Under the pieces are notes generated by a model that saw only the letters and a list, made by a program, of their open reading frames with translations, made no database searches and was not told the origin of the DNA. A DNA stretch of 64,000 nt from Phoronis australis (taxonomy: Eukaryota; Animalia; Phoronida), in contig NMRA01000090.1 in assembly GCA_002633005.1 (NCBI GenBank), positions 46,756 to 110,755 on the forward strand. The letters are read 5' to 3'. Of the stretch, positions 55,901-64,000 are shown in pieces. Made by a program: the position numbers and the translations under genes. Each line of letters starts with the position of its first letter. Position 1 is the stretch's first letter.

Positions 55901-58900
55901 CAGGCTCGATGCAAAATTCACAAGTTGCCAAACGATAACGGAGGCTTAGCATCAGTGTTTCATGTGCTTGGTTAACACCGGGCGTGCGTTCAGTAGACGC
56001 CAGGACCTACGCTAGGACCTAGCTAGAACCTAGTCAAAGTCACGTGTTATCATTTAAAATACACGGCTATATCTCGCGTAATCTCGCGAAGTCTTGCTTT
56101 TTAGCGAGGTCCTAGCGTTACTGAACGGGAGGCAGTTTTCCCTTTTAGACAGAATATCCCACGCAGGCTCACTTAACATAACCTGTGCGTGACTTATGAA
56201 TGGGTCCTTTGCATTTTTATGCGCCCACATAATTATTTATTATGTGGGTGAATATTCCTGTCATCTCTGTCTGGGCATCTGCCGTCAGTTTTCCGGCGTC
56301 TGCAACTGTATCTGGTAAACTTCTTACGGGATCAAAGTATTAAGCACCACCTAGTGGCCATTTTTACTGTTTTCGAGTCTGTTTTTGGGCATCCGCCCCC
56401 CTATCAACCAAGCCACTCTAAGGATGATTGTGAAAATTGTTGTTAGTGTGAAGAGGACAGTTGACGATGATTTTCCGACGACTTTAACTACTGTGGCACC
56501 TCCTAGTGGCAGTTTTGTTCTTTTTGCGCCCATAGCTCTATCTCCTAAACCCACTGCAGGATCTTTATTAAATTTAGGAAGTATATTTATATGAAGTTGA
56601 CAACAGAAGATGACAACGGCTTTCAGACGGATACGACCAATGCTGTTCATTTTTTCCGTTTTTCTCAGTTTCTCTGAAGTTCCTTGACAGAATTTTATGA
56701 AATTTGATAGCTTTCTATTAAAGAAGCAACGACATGTTTTCATTTTTTGGATGGATTCAACATATTTTACACCACGTGGTGGCCATTTTCATGATAGACA
56801 TTAACACCCCTAGAAGCACACCATTTGCGGAGCAGTTGTGGGCGCATTTCACCACTTTGTGTTCTCTTGTTACAGAATGATACTGACTGTAAATGTTTAC
56901 GTGTCGTCTTCGTTGTGACCTGGGATTTTTACTAGGTTGCCAAACAAATTTTGAGGTTGCATTGGCGACCTGCCGGTCACCAAATTGAGTCCTGTAACTA
57001 TACTAGGAATAGATAAACAGCCTATCCACTTTTAATATCTTACCAATAACAGAATGCCTAGTTATGGATGATCAATTCTACTTGCACTCAACTTTCATGA
57101 TGAGTAATAAGAAATCCTTTCTTTTGACATGTGTTGTATATTATATTAACTACTTCATTTATGTGAAATGTTCCAAAAGTGTTTTAAGTTTGAAGGCACC
57201 CAGTACCACTTTGCAATATTTAAAAATGTATGATATGAAAGCAGTAAGCAGATGAAGTCATACAGGTTATCTTTACTACGCCATTGGCAGTATGGCCTTA
57301 TACCCATCTGCATGGTGTCAGTGTGGCCGATTACGATTTGCACCTTGCCAGTGTGCCCATTTACCATCTGCACCTTGTCAGTGTGGCTGTAAACCGTTTG
57401 CACCATGTCAGTGTGGCTGTATATCATCTGCATGGTGTCAGTGTGGCCATATACAGTTTGTACCTTGTCAGTGTGGCTGTAAACCGCCTGCATCATCTCA
57501 GTGTGGCCATGTGCTATCTGCACGGTTTCAATGTGGTCGTATGCTGTCTGCACCGTGTGATCGTGCCCACACACTGTTTGCACTGTGTCAGTGTTGCTGT
57601 ATACTGTCTGCACTATGCCAGTGTGGCCTTGTAGTGCCACTTGGTCCTGCACTTGTTTCACTTTGTTTTCACAAATTACTAACTTGGCATTGTTTGCTTC
57701 CAGGTGACCTACAATGTTGATGGCTTCATTGACAAAAACAATGACCTCCTATTTAGAGACTTGTCACGCCTCATGTACAACTGTGACCACCTGTTATGCA
57801 AGAAGCTGTTTCCTGAAGGTATAAGGTCAAACTCAGAATATTTTTATTATTTCACCTAAATTTAACATACTAATAGTATTAGCCTTATTGGAAAATGGCT
57901 GTCTGTGCAAGCTCTTCAGACATCAGTTTCTAAGTTTCATTTCTGTGAAGGAAATTAGGTAGGCAAAATAAAAATGAAGTACACAAGTGAAAGAAAATGT
58001 CCCATGTATGTTTTTTAATACCACCATTATGCAGTCTTTGCAATGACTGTTTCTAATAATTACAAATGACTTATTTTGTTGAAGACTTTATTTTGAGGGT
58101 CAAGTATTATTACTGATAAAAACAACCATTCATATTTTGTGTTCTTACTTCGTAATATAAACTAGTAACTATAACCACTCAAAACTGTAATCGCACTTTC
58201 TGTTTTAGCCCCTTATTTACAAAAAAGTTATCAGATGATAATGAACTGTACATTGATGCGTTTAGTGGGAAATTTTTGATAATTTGAGAATAATAAGTTC
58301 AACTTGGTTAATTTATGCAATACGGGTGGATGGTTTATCAAACATTGTAACTAAACATTATTCTATGAGTTTTCTCATAATTACTTATAAATTATTTTGC
58401 TCAAACATGTTGAGGTCATTGGCGTTTGATTGCCAGTATTTCAGACTTTGTGGTCAGGAGACATTGAATAAAATTTCCTTGTTTAGTGTTACAAATTTAA
58501 CAAACTTCAGAAGAAATGACAGCTTAATACATACTCACTCTGTACAATGATCTCCTATCTTCAGGCATGCAGCTATGTAGCAAAACATCGAGAAACATTA
58601 CAGACAAACACATTTTTCATTCAGCTCAGGAATTTCCTACTGAGCATATACTTGACTATGAATTATGCTAATACTTATCTCAATTTCCTGGAAATAAGGA
58701 GCAAAAATGAAGGCAACTTACTTTTTTATGCGCCCACATATTTATATGTGGACGCATTTTGCCATCATCATTAGCCGTCTGTCCGTCCGTCCGGGGTCCG
58801 GCGTCCGCTGCTCTATCTCCAAAACGCCTTGACGTATGTTCGTGAAATTTTGCATATGTGTTCCTTCCGTGGATAGGACAGCATGATCGAACGTTTGGAC

Positions 58901-61900
58901 GAATACGACTACCAGTGTGCCCCGTATTGGCAATTTTAGTTTTTTACGGTTACCTCTGTATCTCCTAAAATTCTGCACAGATTTTCATAAAATTTGGTAT
59001 ATATGCACCTATTAGTGAGATGACGCTATCCTCCCGTTTTCGGATGGATTCGACGTAGTTTGCGCCACCTAGTGGCCATTTTTACTGTTTTCGAGTCTGT
59101 TTTTGCATCCACCCCTCTGTCAACCAAACCGCTCAAAGGATGGTTGTGAAAATTGTCATATATGTTCTTATTATGAAGTGGACTGCTAACGATGATTTTC
59201 TGACTACTTCGACTACTGTGGCTCCTCCTAGTGGCAGTTTTTTTTGCGCCTATGGCTGTATCTTCTTAACTGTTCGCAGGATCTTTATGAAATATAGTAA
59301 TTAGTGTATATATATGATGATAACAAGGAAGGACGACGACTTTCAGATGGATCTGAATACTGGTGTGCCACCTAGTGGCAATTTTATTTTTTTACGTTTA
59401 CTCTGTATGTTCAAAGGTCCTCAACGTATTTTCATGAAATTTGGCATATAGGCATCTGTTAAGGAGGTGACCCTATCTCTATGTTTTCAGACGGATTTGA
59501 CCTAGTTTGCGCCACCTGGTGGCCATTTTTAATGTTTTTAAGTCTGTTTTTTGGCATCCACTCATCTATCACCCAAACCGCTTTCTGGATAATTGTGAAA
59601 ATTGGCATGTATTTTTTTACTATGAAGTGGACAGCTGACGATGCTTTTCCAATGATTTCAACTACAACGGCACCTCCTAGTGGCAGTTTTGTTTTTTTTG
59701 CGCTCATTGCTGTATCTATTAAACCTTTTGTGGGTTCTTTACTTAATTTAGCAAGTGTATTTATATGATGTTGACAATGGACAACGATGACTTTCGGACA
59801 GATCTGATTACTGGTGTGCCCCCTAGTGGCAATTTTTTTTTCTTACGTTAACCAGTCTGTATCTTCAAAGGTCCTCAACAGATTTTCATAAAATTTTGAA
59901 TCTAGGTAGCTATTGGTGAGATGACGTTATCATCCTGTTTTTGGATGGAATTGAGGTATTTTGCGCCACCTGGTGGCCATTTTTGCTGTTTTCAAATCTT
60001 GTTTTTGGCGTCCACCCCTCGATCAACCAAATCATTCTAGGGATGGTTTTGAATGCGTATATGTTTTCAGTGTGAAGAGGACGTTTGATGATGGCGACTG
60101 ACTACTGTGGCGCCTCCTAGTGGTAGTTTTGTTTTGTTTTGCGCCCATAGCTGTATCTCCAAAACCCACTGCAGGATCTTTACTAAATTTAGTAAGTGAA
60201 TTTATATGAAGATAATAGACGATGACTTTCAGGCGGATCGAACGGACGCTGTACCTACAAGTGGCAATTTCATTTTATTCTGTTTTCCTTTGTTTTTCTG
60301 AAGTTCCTTGACAGATTTTTATGAAATATGGCATGTTCCCGTTTATGGATGGGTTTTACTTTTTTGCGCCATCTAGTGGCCATTTTTATGATACAAATAA
60401 ATTACCCCAAAAGCACACCTTTTGCAATGCATTTGTGAGCGCATTTCAACGCTCCGCGTTGCTCTTGTTGAGTAGTTAAGTTATTTTAGTCTTCCCTATA
60501 TTGTCATTTCAGTGTCCCTAATTGACATGAAGTTGAATCTCTTATTTTTGTCTTTATGAGGACATGAACAGAAAAACAAGGCACACTAAGAATGAATGTG
60601 GTTCACTGTATGAGTTAATTTATTTAATAAGCCTTAAAATGGACACATTTGCGAGGCATACGATTGATAGATTTCAATTCTTGGCATACATTGTATTTGA
60701 ACAACAGTGCGTCATATCACATATCTCATTATAATTACTTGTACATGCATGTGCTTAGTGTAACCCTTAAGATGTTCTAGACAACATTTAATCACAGACT
60801 GTATCAAGTCATACCTTAAATCATACCTTAAAAGGCTGGACATGTAACACTTAATGTTGATAGGAAGCCCATCGTATGTCTCTCTGAAGAGACCAGCTAC
60901 CACAGGCAGCCAGTTCAAGTCTTCAGTGAGTCAGCTGATGAAGAACCTGTCATCTAAGTCACCTAACTACATCCGCTGTATCAAGCCCAACGATTACAAG
61001 AAAGGAAGGACATTTGATCAAAAACTGGTCATGCATCAAGTCAGATACCTTGGGTAGGCTTATTTCTGCGCATATTATTGTTTTCATTACAGTGATACCC
61101 TGAAAGAATATTTAATTAGCCAGTTGGATTTTCAGATGCACCCTGAGTTGTTTGGCATTAATTATTCACAAAGAGGTCGGAATAGGATAATAGAGACTTA
61201 GAGATTGCTGTTTTCCTGTTGAAATAAGACAAAGTGCAAATGAAACAGTGTCCATTAGTTACATATAGGTAAGCAACTTTTGGGGAACTAAATTTGTGTG
61301 AATTGTCTGGTCCCATGGAAAATAACTCTGTAGTGGGACTGAAAGCCACGTTGTTGCAAGCACAGCAAACACAGTGCTTCACCATTGTAAAAAACGTGAA
61401 AATATTGAGTTGTATCTCCAAAACCACACACAGATAATGTAAAGGGCTCATCAGTGGTCACTTGGGACAGCTGAAAACAAGCCAGTGGCTTAAAAGTAAT
61501 CTATGGCAATGCCTTCCAGTGTCTTGTGCATTCTAAGTAGTCATTCACAAGTCTTACTTCATATTCAAATACAGGGGTTTTATCACTTTCACGTAATTTA
61601 GTTTTGGTGTCATTTTTGTCTCTTGCGTTTCAGGTTAAAGCAACATCTTTTCATTTAGACCACATACTGTGTTTTGAAATTGGTCTCATAATGTTCCTTA
61701 GTTAAATTAAGAGTTTATTGCAGGGCTTCAAAGAACTGACGGTTTATTATTGGTTGAGACCAGGCTCTTCAAGATAGCTTGGCATGTCATTCATTTTAGT
61801 ATCCAAGCGTGGTCTCAAGGAATAACGAACTGTCAGTTCTTTGCAAATTCAGAAATCAATTCGCAGTCCGTATAAGGCCAATTTTATAGGTAAGTGGTCT

Positions 61901-62218
61901 AATTCAAAACCTCACTTCTTGGACAGAGTGTGGCTTTAAAGCCAATTTAACCTTTTAAAATTCTGGCAAATCACTAGAGTTAACCTATTATGTTTTCTCA
62001 GGTTGCTGGAGAATGTTCGCGTAAAACGCGCTGGCTATGCGTTCCGACAGCCCTACGAACAGTTCTTGTTCCGCTATAAGATGTTAGCCAAGCAAACATG
62101 GCCTAACTGGCATGGCCGTCTACAAGAAGGCATCGGGTACATCCTGCAGGCTCAGGGTGTTACAGACGATATGTATGCTTTTGGCAAGACCAAGCTGTTT
62201 GTGAAGAATCCACGAACT
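19818..62218 (+). CDS. MYO1B: Unconventional class I myosin heavy chain (MYO1A/MYO1B-like), motor domain; spliced gene, 17 coding exons in window, 3'-incomplete
   Basis: Joined exons give 2073 nt/691 aa with consistent phases. Motifs: N-terminal [11 protein letters not shown]-loop GESGAGKT, switch I NDNSSRFGK, class I switch [53 protein letters not shown]-terminus and DFKGDPIGG resemble vertebrate MYO1A/B (family knowledge; orthology not tested). Confidence 0.93.
20401..20861. mobile_element. Inverted-dimer non-autonomous retroelement: tRNA-type Pol III head plus hammerhead ribozyme core (PLE/retrozyme-like), 15-bp TSD
   Basis: Arms 20432-~20603 and ~20679-20864 are reverse complements. Direct repeat TAAGAACTTAGATGA at 20386-20400 and 20862-20876. 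A box TGGTGTAGTGG at 20655, B boxes GTTCAAATCC, CTGACGA...CCGACC-GAAA core. Confidence 0.75.
20762..20803 (+). ncRNA. Type I minimal hammerhead ribozyme (degenerate copy; second copy on minus strand at ~20478-20522)
   Basis: CAC-CUGACGA-U-GGCCGG/agaagaga/CCGACC-[AAAGC; GAAAC in the other arm]-GUC-GUG; stem I CAC/GUG. Confidence 0.6.
20890..21370 (-). mobile_element. Fragment of a second HINE-like family
   Basis: Minus strand GTCGGTCCATCTGTC...TATCTTAAGAACCGCTTGGCGGATCAAGATGAAATTTGGTATAGAGG, the typical HINE core block. Confidence 0.45.
21991..22106 (+). CDS. MYO1B: Myosin I exon 2 ([19 protein letters not shown]...ELPPHV)
   Basis: tttcag / GTAAGT; 116 nt; conserved myosin motif. Confidence 0.95.
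22544..22638 (+). CDS. MYO1B: Myosin I exon 3 ([31 protein letters not shown]), P-loop
   Basis: ttccag / GTATGA; 95 nt. Confidence 0.95.
23182..23286 (+). CDS. MYO1B: Myosin I exon 4 ([15 protein letters not shown]...LLQSNPVLE)
   Basis: tttcag / GTGAGC; 105 nt. Confidence 0.95.
23640..24790. mobile_element. Decayed Penelope-like element (Neptune-type): GIY-YIG 3' part on minus strand joined to ORF N-terminus on plus strand
   Basis: Minus 24035-24420 translates with frameshifts to CEMC...[19 protein letters not shown]...[14 protein letters not shown]...[18 protein letters not shown]. Plus ~24715-24788 reads [23 protein letters not shown], typical of PLE ORF starts. Outer boundaries approximate. 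Confidence 0.8.
25485..25531 (+). CDS. MYO1B: Myosin I exon 5 ([16 protein letters not shown]), switch I
   Basis: tcacag / GTAAGT; 47 nt. Confidence 0.95.
25950..27096. mobile_element. Tc1/pogo(Tigger)-type MITE
   Basis: CGGTGTTT ... AAACACCG-TA termini; repeated TGTACGAA(C/T)TA(A/T)TAGAG subterminal motifs at both ends. Confidence 0.65.
27180..27650 (+). mobile_element. Degenerate HINE-related fragment
   Basis: TGTGGCGCCTCCTTGTGGCA, GTATCTCCCAAACC and AAATTTGGCAAGTG blocks shared with the HINE subunits; different 3' end. Confidence 0.55.
29071..29134 (+). CDS. MYO1B: Myosin I exon 6 ([21 protein letters not shown])
   Basis: tttcag / GTAAGT; 64 nt. Confidence 0.95.
29464..30566 (+). mobile_element. 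Non-autonomous Helentron-associated element (HINE/DINE-1-like), copy A
   Basis: 5' subTIR ATGCGCCCAC in a hairpin (..ATATGTGGACGCAT), (GTCC)n microsatellite, ~145-160 bp internal repeats, 3' subTIR GTGGGCGCAT, terminal stem-loop CAACGC-TCT-GCGTTG, ends CTCTTGTT in T-rich context. Confidence 0.85.
30750..31440. repeat. ~30-bp minisatellite (ACACAAACTGTCACATTCTATGGTTTATGT)n with higher-order variants
   Basis: About 22 units; explains repetitive ORFs 30882-31463 etc. Confidence 0.95.
31709..34297 (+). mobile_element. HINE copy B (older, diverged), interrupted by a LINE 3' fragment
   Basis: Degenerate 5' hairpin, about 10 internal repeat units, 3' TGGGCGCAATTCAATGATCCACGTTGCTCTTGTT. Confidence 0.75.
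32957..33872 (+). mobile_element. 5'-truncated non-LTR retrotransposon (CR1/L2/Crack group): RT C-terminal ORF, 3' UTR, (TAAA)n tail
   Basis: ORF 32953-33543 [15 protein letters not shown]...[18 protein letters not shown]...QNRAARAI...IWNS; 3' stem-loop GAGGGCCCTCTT...AAGAGGCCACCCTC; TAAA tail. Confidence 0.9.
35408..35421 (+). CDS. MYO1B: Myosin I exon 7, 14-nt microexon (YLLEK)
   Basis: ttccag|ATTTGCTTGAAAAA|GTAAGT. Supplies the otherwise missing conserved YLLEK and joins phase 1 to phase 0. Confidence 0.9.
35786..35870 (+). CDS. MYO1B: Myosin I exon 8 ([28 protein letters not shown])
   Basis: ttgcag / GTGAGT; 85 nt. Confidence 0.93.
35919..38747. mobile_element. ~2.8-kb non-autonomous TIR DNA element (superfamily undetermined)
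   Basis: ATAGACCGGGCGCATGCGCTACT...TGACACCATATTGGAGAGTGCTAC at left is the inverted match of GTAGCGCTCTCTAATATGGTGTCA...AGTGGCGCGTGCCCGGTCTAT at right; no TSD seen. Confidence 0.6.
38840..39215 (-). pseudogene. Decayed RecQ-like SF2 helicase fragment (possibly transposon-borne)
   Basis: [14 protein letters not shown] (motif Ia), STPE (Ib), frameshifted VV..EAHTI (II), LTLTKNA (III-like), in the correct order. Confidence 0.4.
40315..41005 (+). mobile_element. Probable solo LTR
   Basis: TGCTAAG...CTTAACA ends, repeated TTCTAGA/TTCTGGA motifs, TATAAATA at 40681 followed by GAGTT repeats; no TSD, left edge uncertain. Confidence 0.5.
41040..41340. repeat. Degenerate tandem repeat (GTGTGAAGGCAGAGGACAGCTGGTTACCTTATTGTTAG-like, ~57 bp)
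   Basis: About 5 diverged units just upstream of exon 9. Confidence 0.6.
41401..41507 (+). CDS. MYO1B: Myosin I exon 9 ([18 protein letters not shown]...[11 protein letters not shown])
   Basis: ttgtag / GTCAGT; 107 nt; YNYL..VDD..DF motif. Confidence 0.9.
41825..42755 (+). mobile_element. HINE copy C (5' end degenerate)
   Basis: Same repeat subunits as copy A; 3' GTGGGCACATTTCAAAGCTCAGCTTTTCTCTTGTT. Confidence 0.8.
45514..45661 (+). CDS. MYO1B: Myosin I exon 10 (RALEVIGF...[11 protein letters not shown]...)
   Basis: ttacag / GTAAGT; 148 nt. Confidence 0.93.
46778..46896 (+). CDS. MYO1B: Myosin I exon 11 ([10 protein letters not shown]...[18 protein letters not shown])
   Basis: atgcag / GTGAGT; 119 nt. 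Confidence 0.9.
48649..48801 (+). CDS. MYO1B: Myosin I exon 12 ([13 protein letters not shown]...[12 protein letters not shown]), switch II
   Basis: tttcag / GTGAGT; 153 nt. Confidence 0.95.
49776..49943 (+). CDS. MYO1B: Myosin I exon 13 ([18 protein letters not shown]...ELIEK), relay helix
   Basis: ttgcag / GTTTGT; 168 nt. Confidence 0.93.
53432..53574. mobile_element. Small MITE
   Basis: TCTGGCATGGTTCACAATCTC / GAGATTGTGAACCTTGCCAGA inverted ends; core CTGTGATTGGCTGTTACTT also at 9585. Confidence 0.65.
55238..55432 (+). CDS. MYO1B: Myosin I exon 14 ([17 protein letters not shown]...FRLVHYAGS)
   Basis: cttcag / GTGAGT; 195 nt. Confidence 0.94.
55982..56133. mobile_element. Small MITE (Harbinger-like)
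   Basis: CGTTCAGTAGACGCCAGGACCT / AGGTCCTAGCGTTACTGAACG inverted ends. Confidence 0.55.
56215..56871 (+). mobile_element. HINE copy D (internally deleted)
   Basis: TTTTATGCGCCCAC start; GTGGGCGCATTTC...CTCTTGTT end. Confidence 0.82.
57290..57630. repeat. 30-bp minisatellite (TCTGCACCATGTCAGTGTGGCTGTATACCA-like)
   Basis: About 11 diverged units; explains repetitive CQCG/HTD ORFs. Confidence 0.92.
57704..57818 (+). CDS. MYO1B: Myosin I exon 15 ([20 protein letters not shown]...LFPE)
   Basis: ttccag / GTATAA; 115 nt. Confidence 0.94.
58724..60469 (+). mobile_element. HINE copy E with 11 internal repeat units
   Basis: Both termini essentially intact; subunits a-b-c repeated at ~450 bp period. 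Confidence 0.87.
60864..61053 (+). CDS. MYO1B: Myosin I exon 16 (...[11 protein letters not shown]...YIRCIKPN...QVRYLG)
   Basis: tgatag / GTAGGC; 190 nt. Confidence 0.94.
62002..62218 (+). CDS. MYO1B: Myosin I exon 17 ([16 protein letters not shown]...[12 protein letters not shown]), converter
   Basis: tctcag / GTAAGA; 217 nt. Confidence 0.95.
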
Positions 62219-62280
62219 GTAAGATCTTATGGAACATATTAAAACAAAGACCTTTAAAATTCAACTTGTTTTTAGCCGTT

Positions 62281-63514
62281 TTTATGCGCCCACATATTTA
62301 TATGTGGACGCATTATGCCGTCATCTTTATCCGTCCGGCGTTCATCCGGTGTCCGGCATCCGCTGCTCTATGTCCAAAACCCGTTGACGTACGTTCATGA
62401 AATTTTGCGTTTGTGTTTCTATCATGGACGGGACGGCATGAGCAAGCTTTGGGACGGATCCGAATACCGATGTGCCCCCTAGTGGCAATTTTAGTTTTTT
62501 ACGCTTACCTCAGCTATACCTTCAAAGGTCTTCAACATATTTTCATAAAATTTGGAATATAGGCACCTATTAGTGAGATGACGCTATCCTCCCGTTTTCG
62601 GATGTATTCAACGTAGTTTGCGCCACCTAGTGGCCATTTTTGCTGTTTTCAAGTCTGTTTTTTGGCGTCCACCTCTTTATCAACCAAACCGCTCTAAGGA
62701 TGATGACTGCTGTTGCGCCTCCTAGTGGCAGTTTTGTGTGTTTTTGTGCCCATGGCTGTATCTCCTAAACTGCTGGCAGGATCTTTCCTAAATTCTGCAA
62801 GTGTTTTATATTAAGTTGACAATGGATGACGACAACTTTCAGACGGATCTGACTACTGGTGTGCCCCTTATTGGCAATTTAATTTTATTACATTTACCTC
62901 TGTATCTTCAAAGGTCCTCAACGTATTTTCATAAAATTTGATGTATAGGCACCTATTAGTGAGATGAAGCTATCCTCCCATTTTCGGATGGACTTGACAT
63001 AGTTTGTGCCACTTAGTGGCCGTTTGTACTGTTTTATTGTTTTTTGGCGTCCACCCCGCTATCAACCAAACTGCACTAAGGATGAGTGTGAAAATGGCAT
63101 ATATGTTCTTACTATGAAGCTGACGATGATTTTGCAATGGTTTCGACTACTGTGGCGCCTCCTAGTGGCAGTTTTGTTTTGTTTTGCGCCAATAGCTGCA
63201 TCTCCTAAAGTCACTGCAGGATCTTTATAAAATTTAGCCGATATCTTTCTGGCGGATCCAATGAAGGCCATGTCCCATAGTGGCAATTTCATTTTTGTGT
63301 TTCCTTTGTTTCTCTGAAGTTCCTTTACAGATTTTTATGAAATTTGGTAAATAGCTTTCTATTAAAGAAGCAATGCCATGTTCCCATTTTCAGATGGATT
63401 GGACGTTTTTTCGCCCTCTGGTGGCTATTTTTATGAAACAAATAAACAACCATAGAAGCACTCCATTTGCGGTGCATTTGTGGGCACATTTCAATGCACT
63501 GCGTTGCTCTTGTT
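62281..63514 (+). mobile_element. HINE copy F with 8 internal repeat units
   Basis: Both termini present; starts about 60 nt after the exon 17 donor. Confidence 0.85.
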
Positions 63515-63576
63515 ATACAAGGAAAAATATTCATGGCGCGATTTGTCACGGTGCAATTTTCTCCACCTTAGTTGCA

Positions 63577-64000
63577 TTTATTTATTTATTTATTTATTTA
63601 TTATTGTGATATTTAAAATGAGGGTGGCCTCTTCAGTGATAGCACTGCTTTCCAAGAGGGCCCTCAACAAGAAAAACAGTAATACAATGAAGTAATAAAA
63701 CAACAATGAAATATACGTAACAAAGATACAATTAAAACAGTTAAGGTTGAGAATTAAGACAATAACTAAATGACAAATAATGGTAAAAAATTAACTAAGA
63801 CAGATGAAATAAATTAAGAGATGACTCTAGACAATGAGAGTATTTACGACAATGAAAAAATGACATGATTAAGATAGGCAGGGTACAAAAGGTTAAGTAA
63901 ATTACAGCCACTTTTTAACATTAACTTTAAAGGTAGTAATTGAGTTGGACCGTTTAATTTCTGGGCTAAAAGAATTCCATATTATAGCAGCTGCATAGAT
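63577..64000 (-). mobile_element. Second copy of the same LINE (3' end), runs off window
   Basis: Reverse complement of 33446-33870 with about 3 substitutions seen by eye. Confidence 0.93.

Noticed and set aside
57155-57720. Cys-rich (CQCG)n and HTD-repeat ORFs resembling a metallothionein or zinc finger
   Set aside because: Open in several frames on both strands because of the 30-bp tandem unit.
58724-60469. Regularly spaced CCTAGTGG motifs as a CRISPR-like array
   Set aside because: The spacers are themselves homologous repeats, the context is a eukaryotic intron, and there are no cas genes.

Overview
AT-rich eukaryotic DNA, most likely from a marine invertebrate (taxon is inference). The window holds the 5' part of one + strand class I myosin gene (MYO1A/MYO1B-like). 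I assembled 17 GT-AG coding exons from the ATG at 19818 to 62218: 2073 nt, 691 aa, all phases consistent, including a 14-nt microexon. The gene continues past the window. The rest is mostly transposon-derived. It includes at least six co-oriented Helentron-associated (HINE/DINE-1-like) elements whose ~145-160 bp internal repeats each carry a CTCF-consensus motif. It also includes a TSD-flanked inverted-dimer element combining a tRNA-type Pol III head with a hammerhead ribozyme core, a Penelope-like GIY-YIG fragment, two near-identical inverted CR1/L2-group LINE 3' ends, Kolobok-type elements, several MITEs, a probable solo LTR, and mini/microsatellites. Most ORFs in the supplied track are spurious or are exon read-throughs. 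All alignments were done by eye, so element boundaries are approximate.
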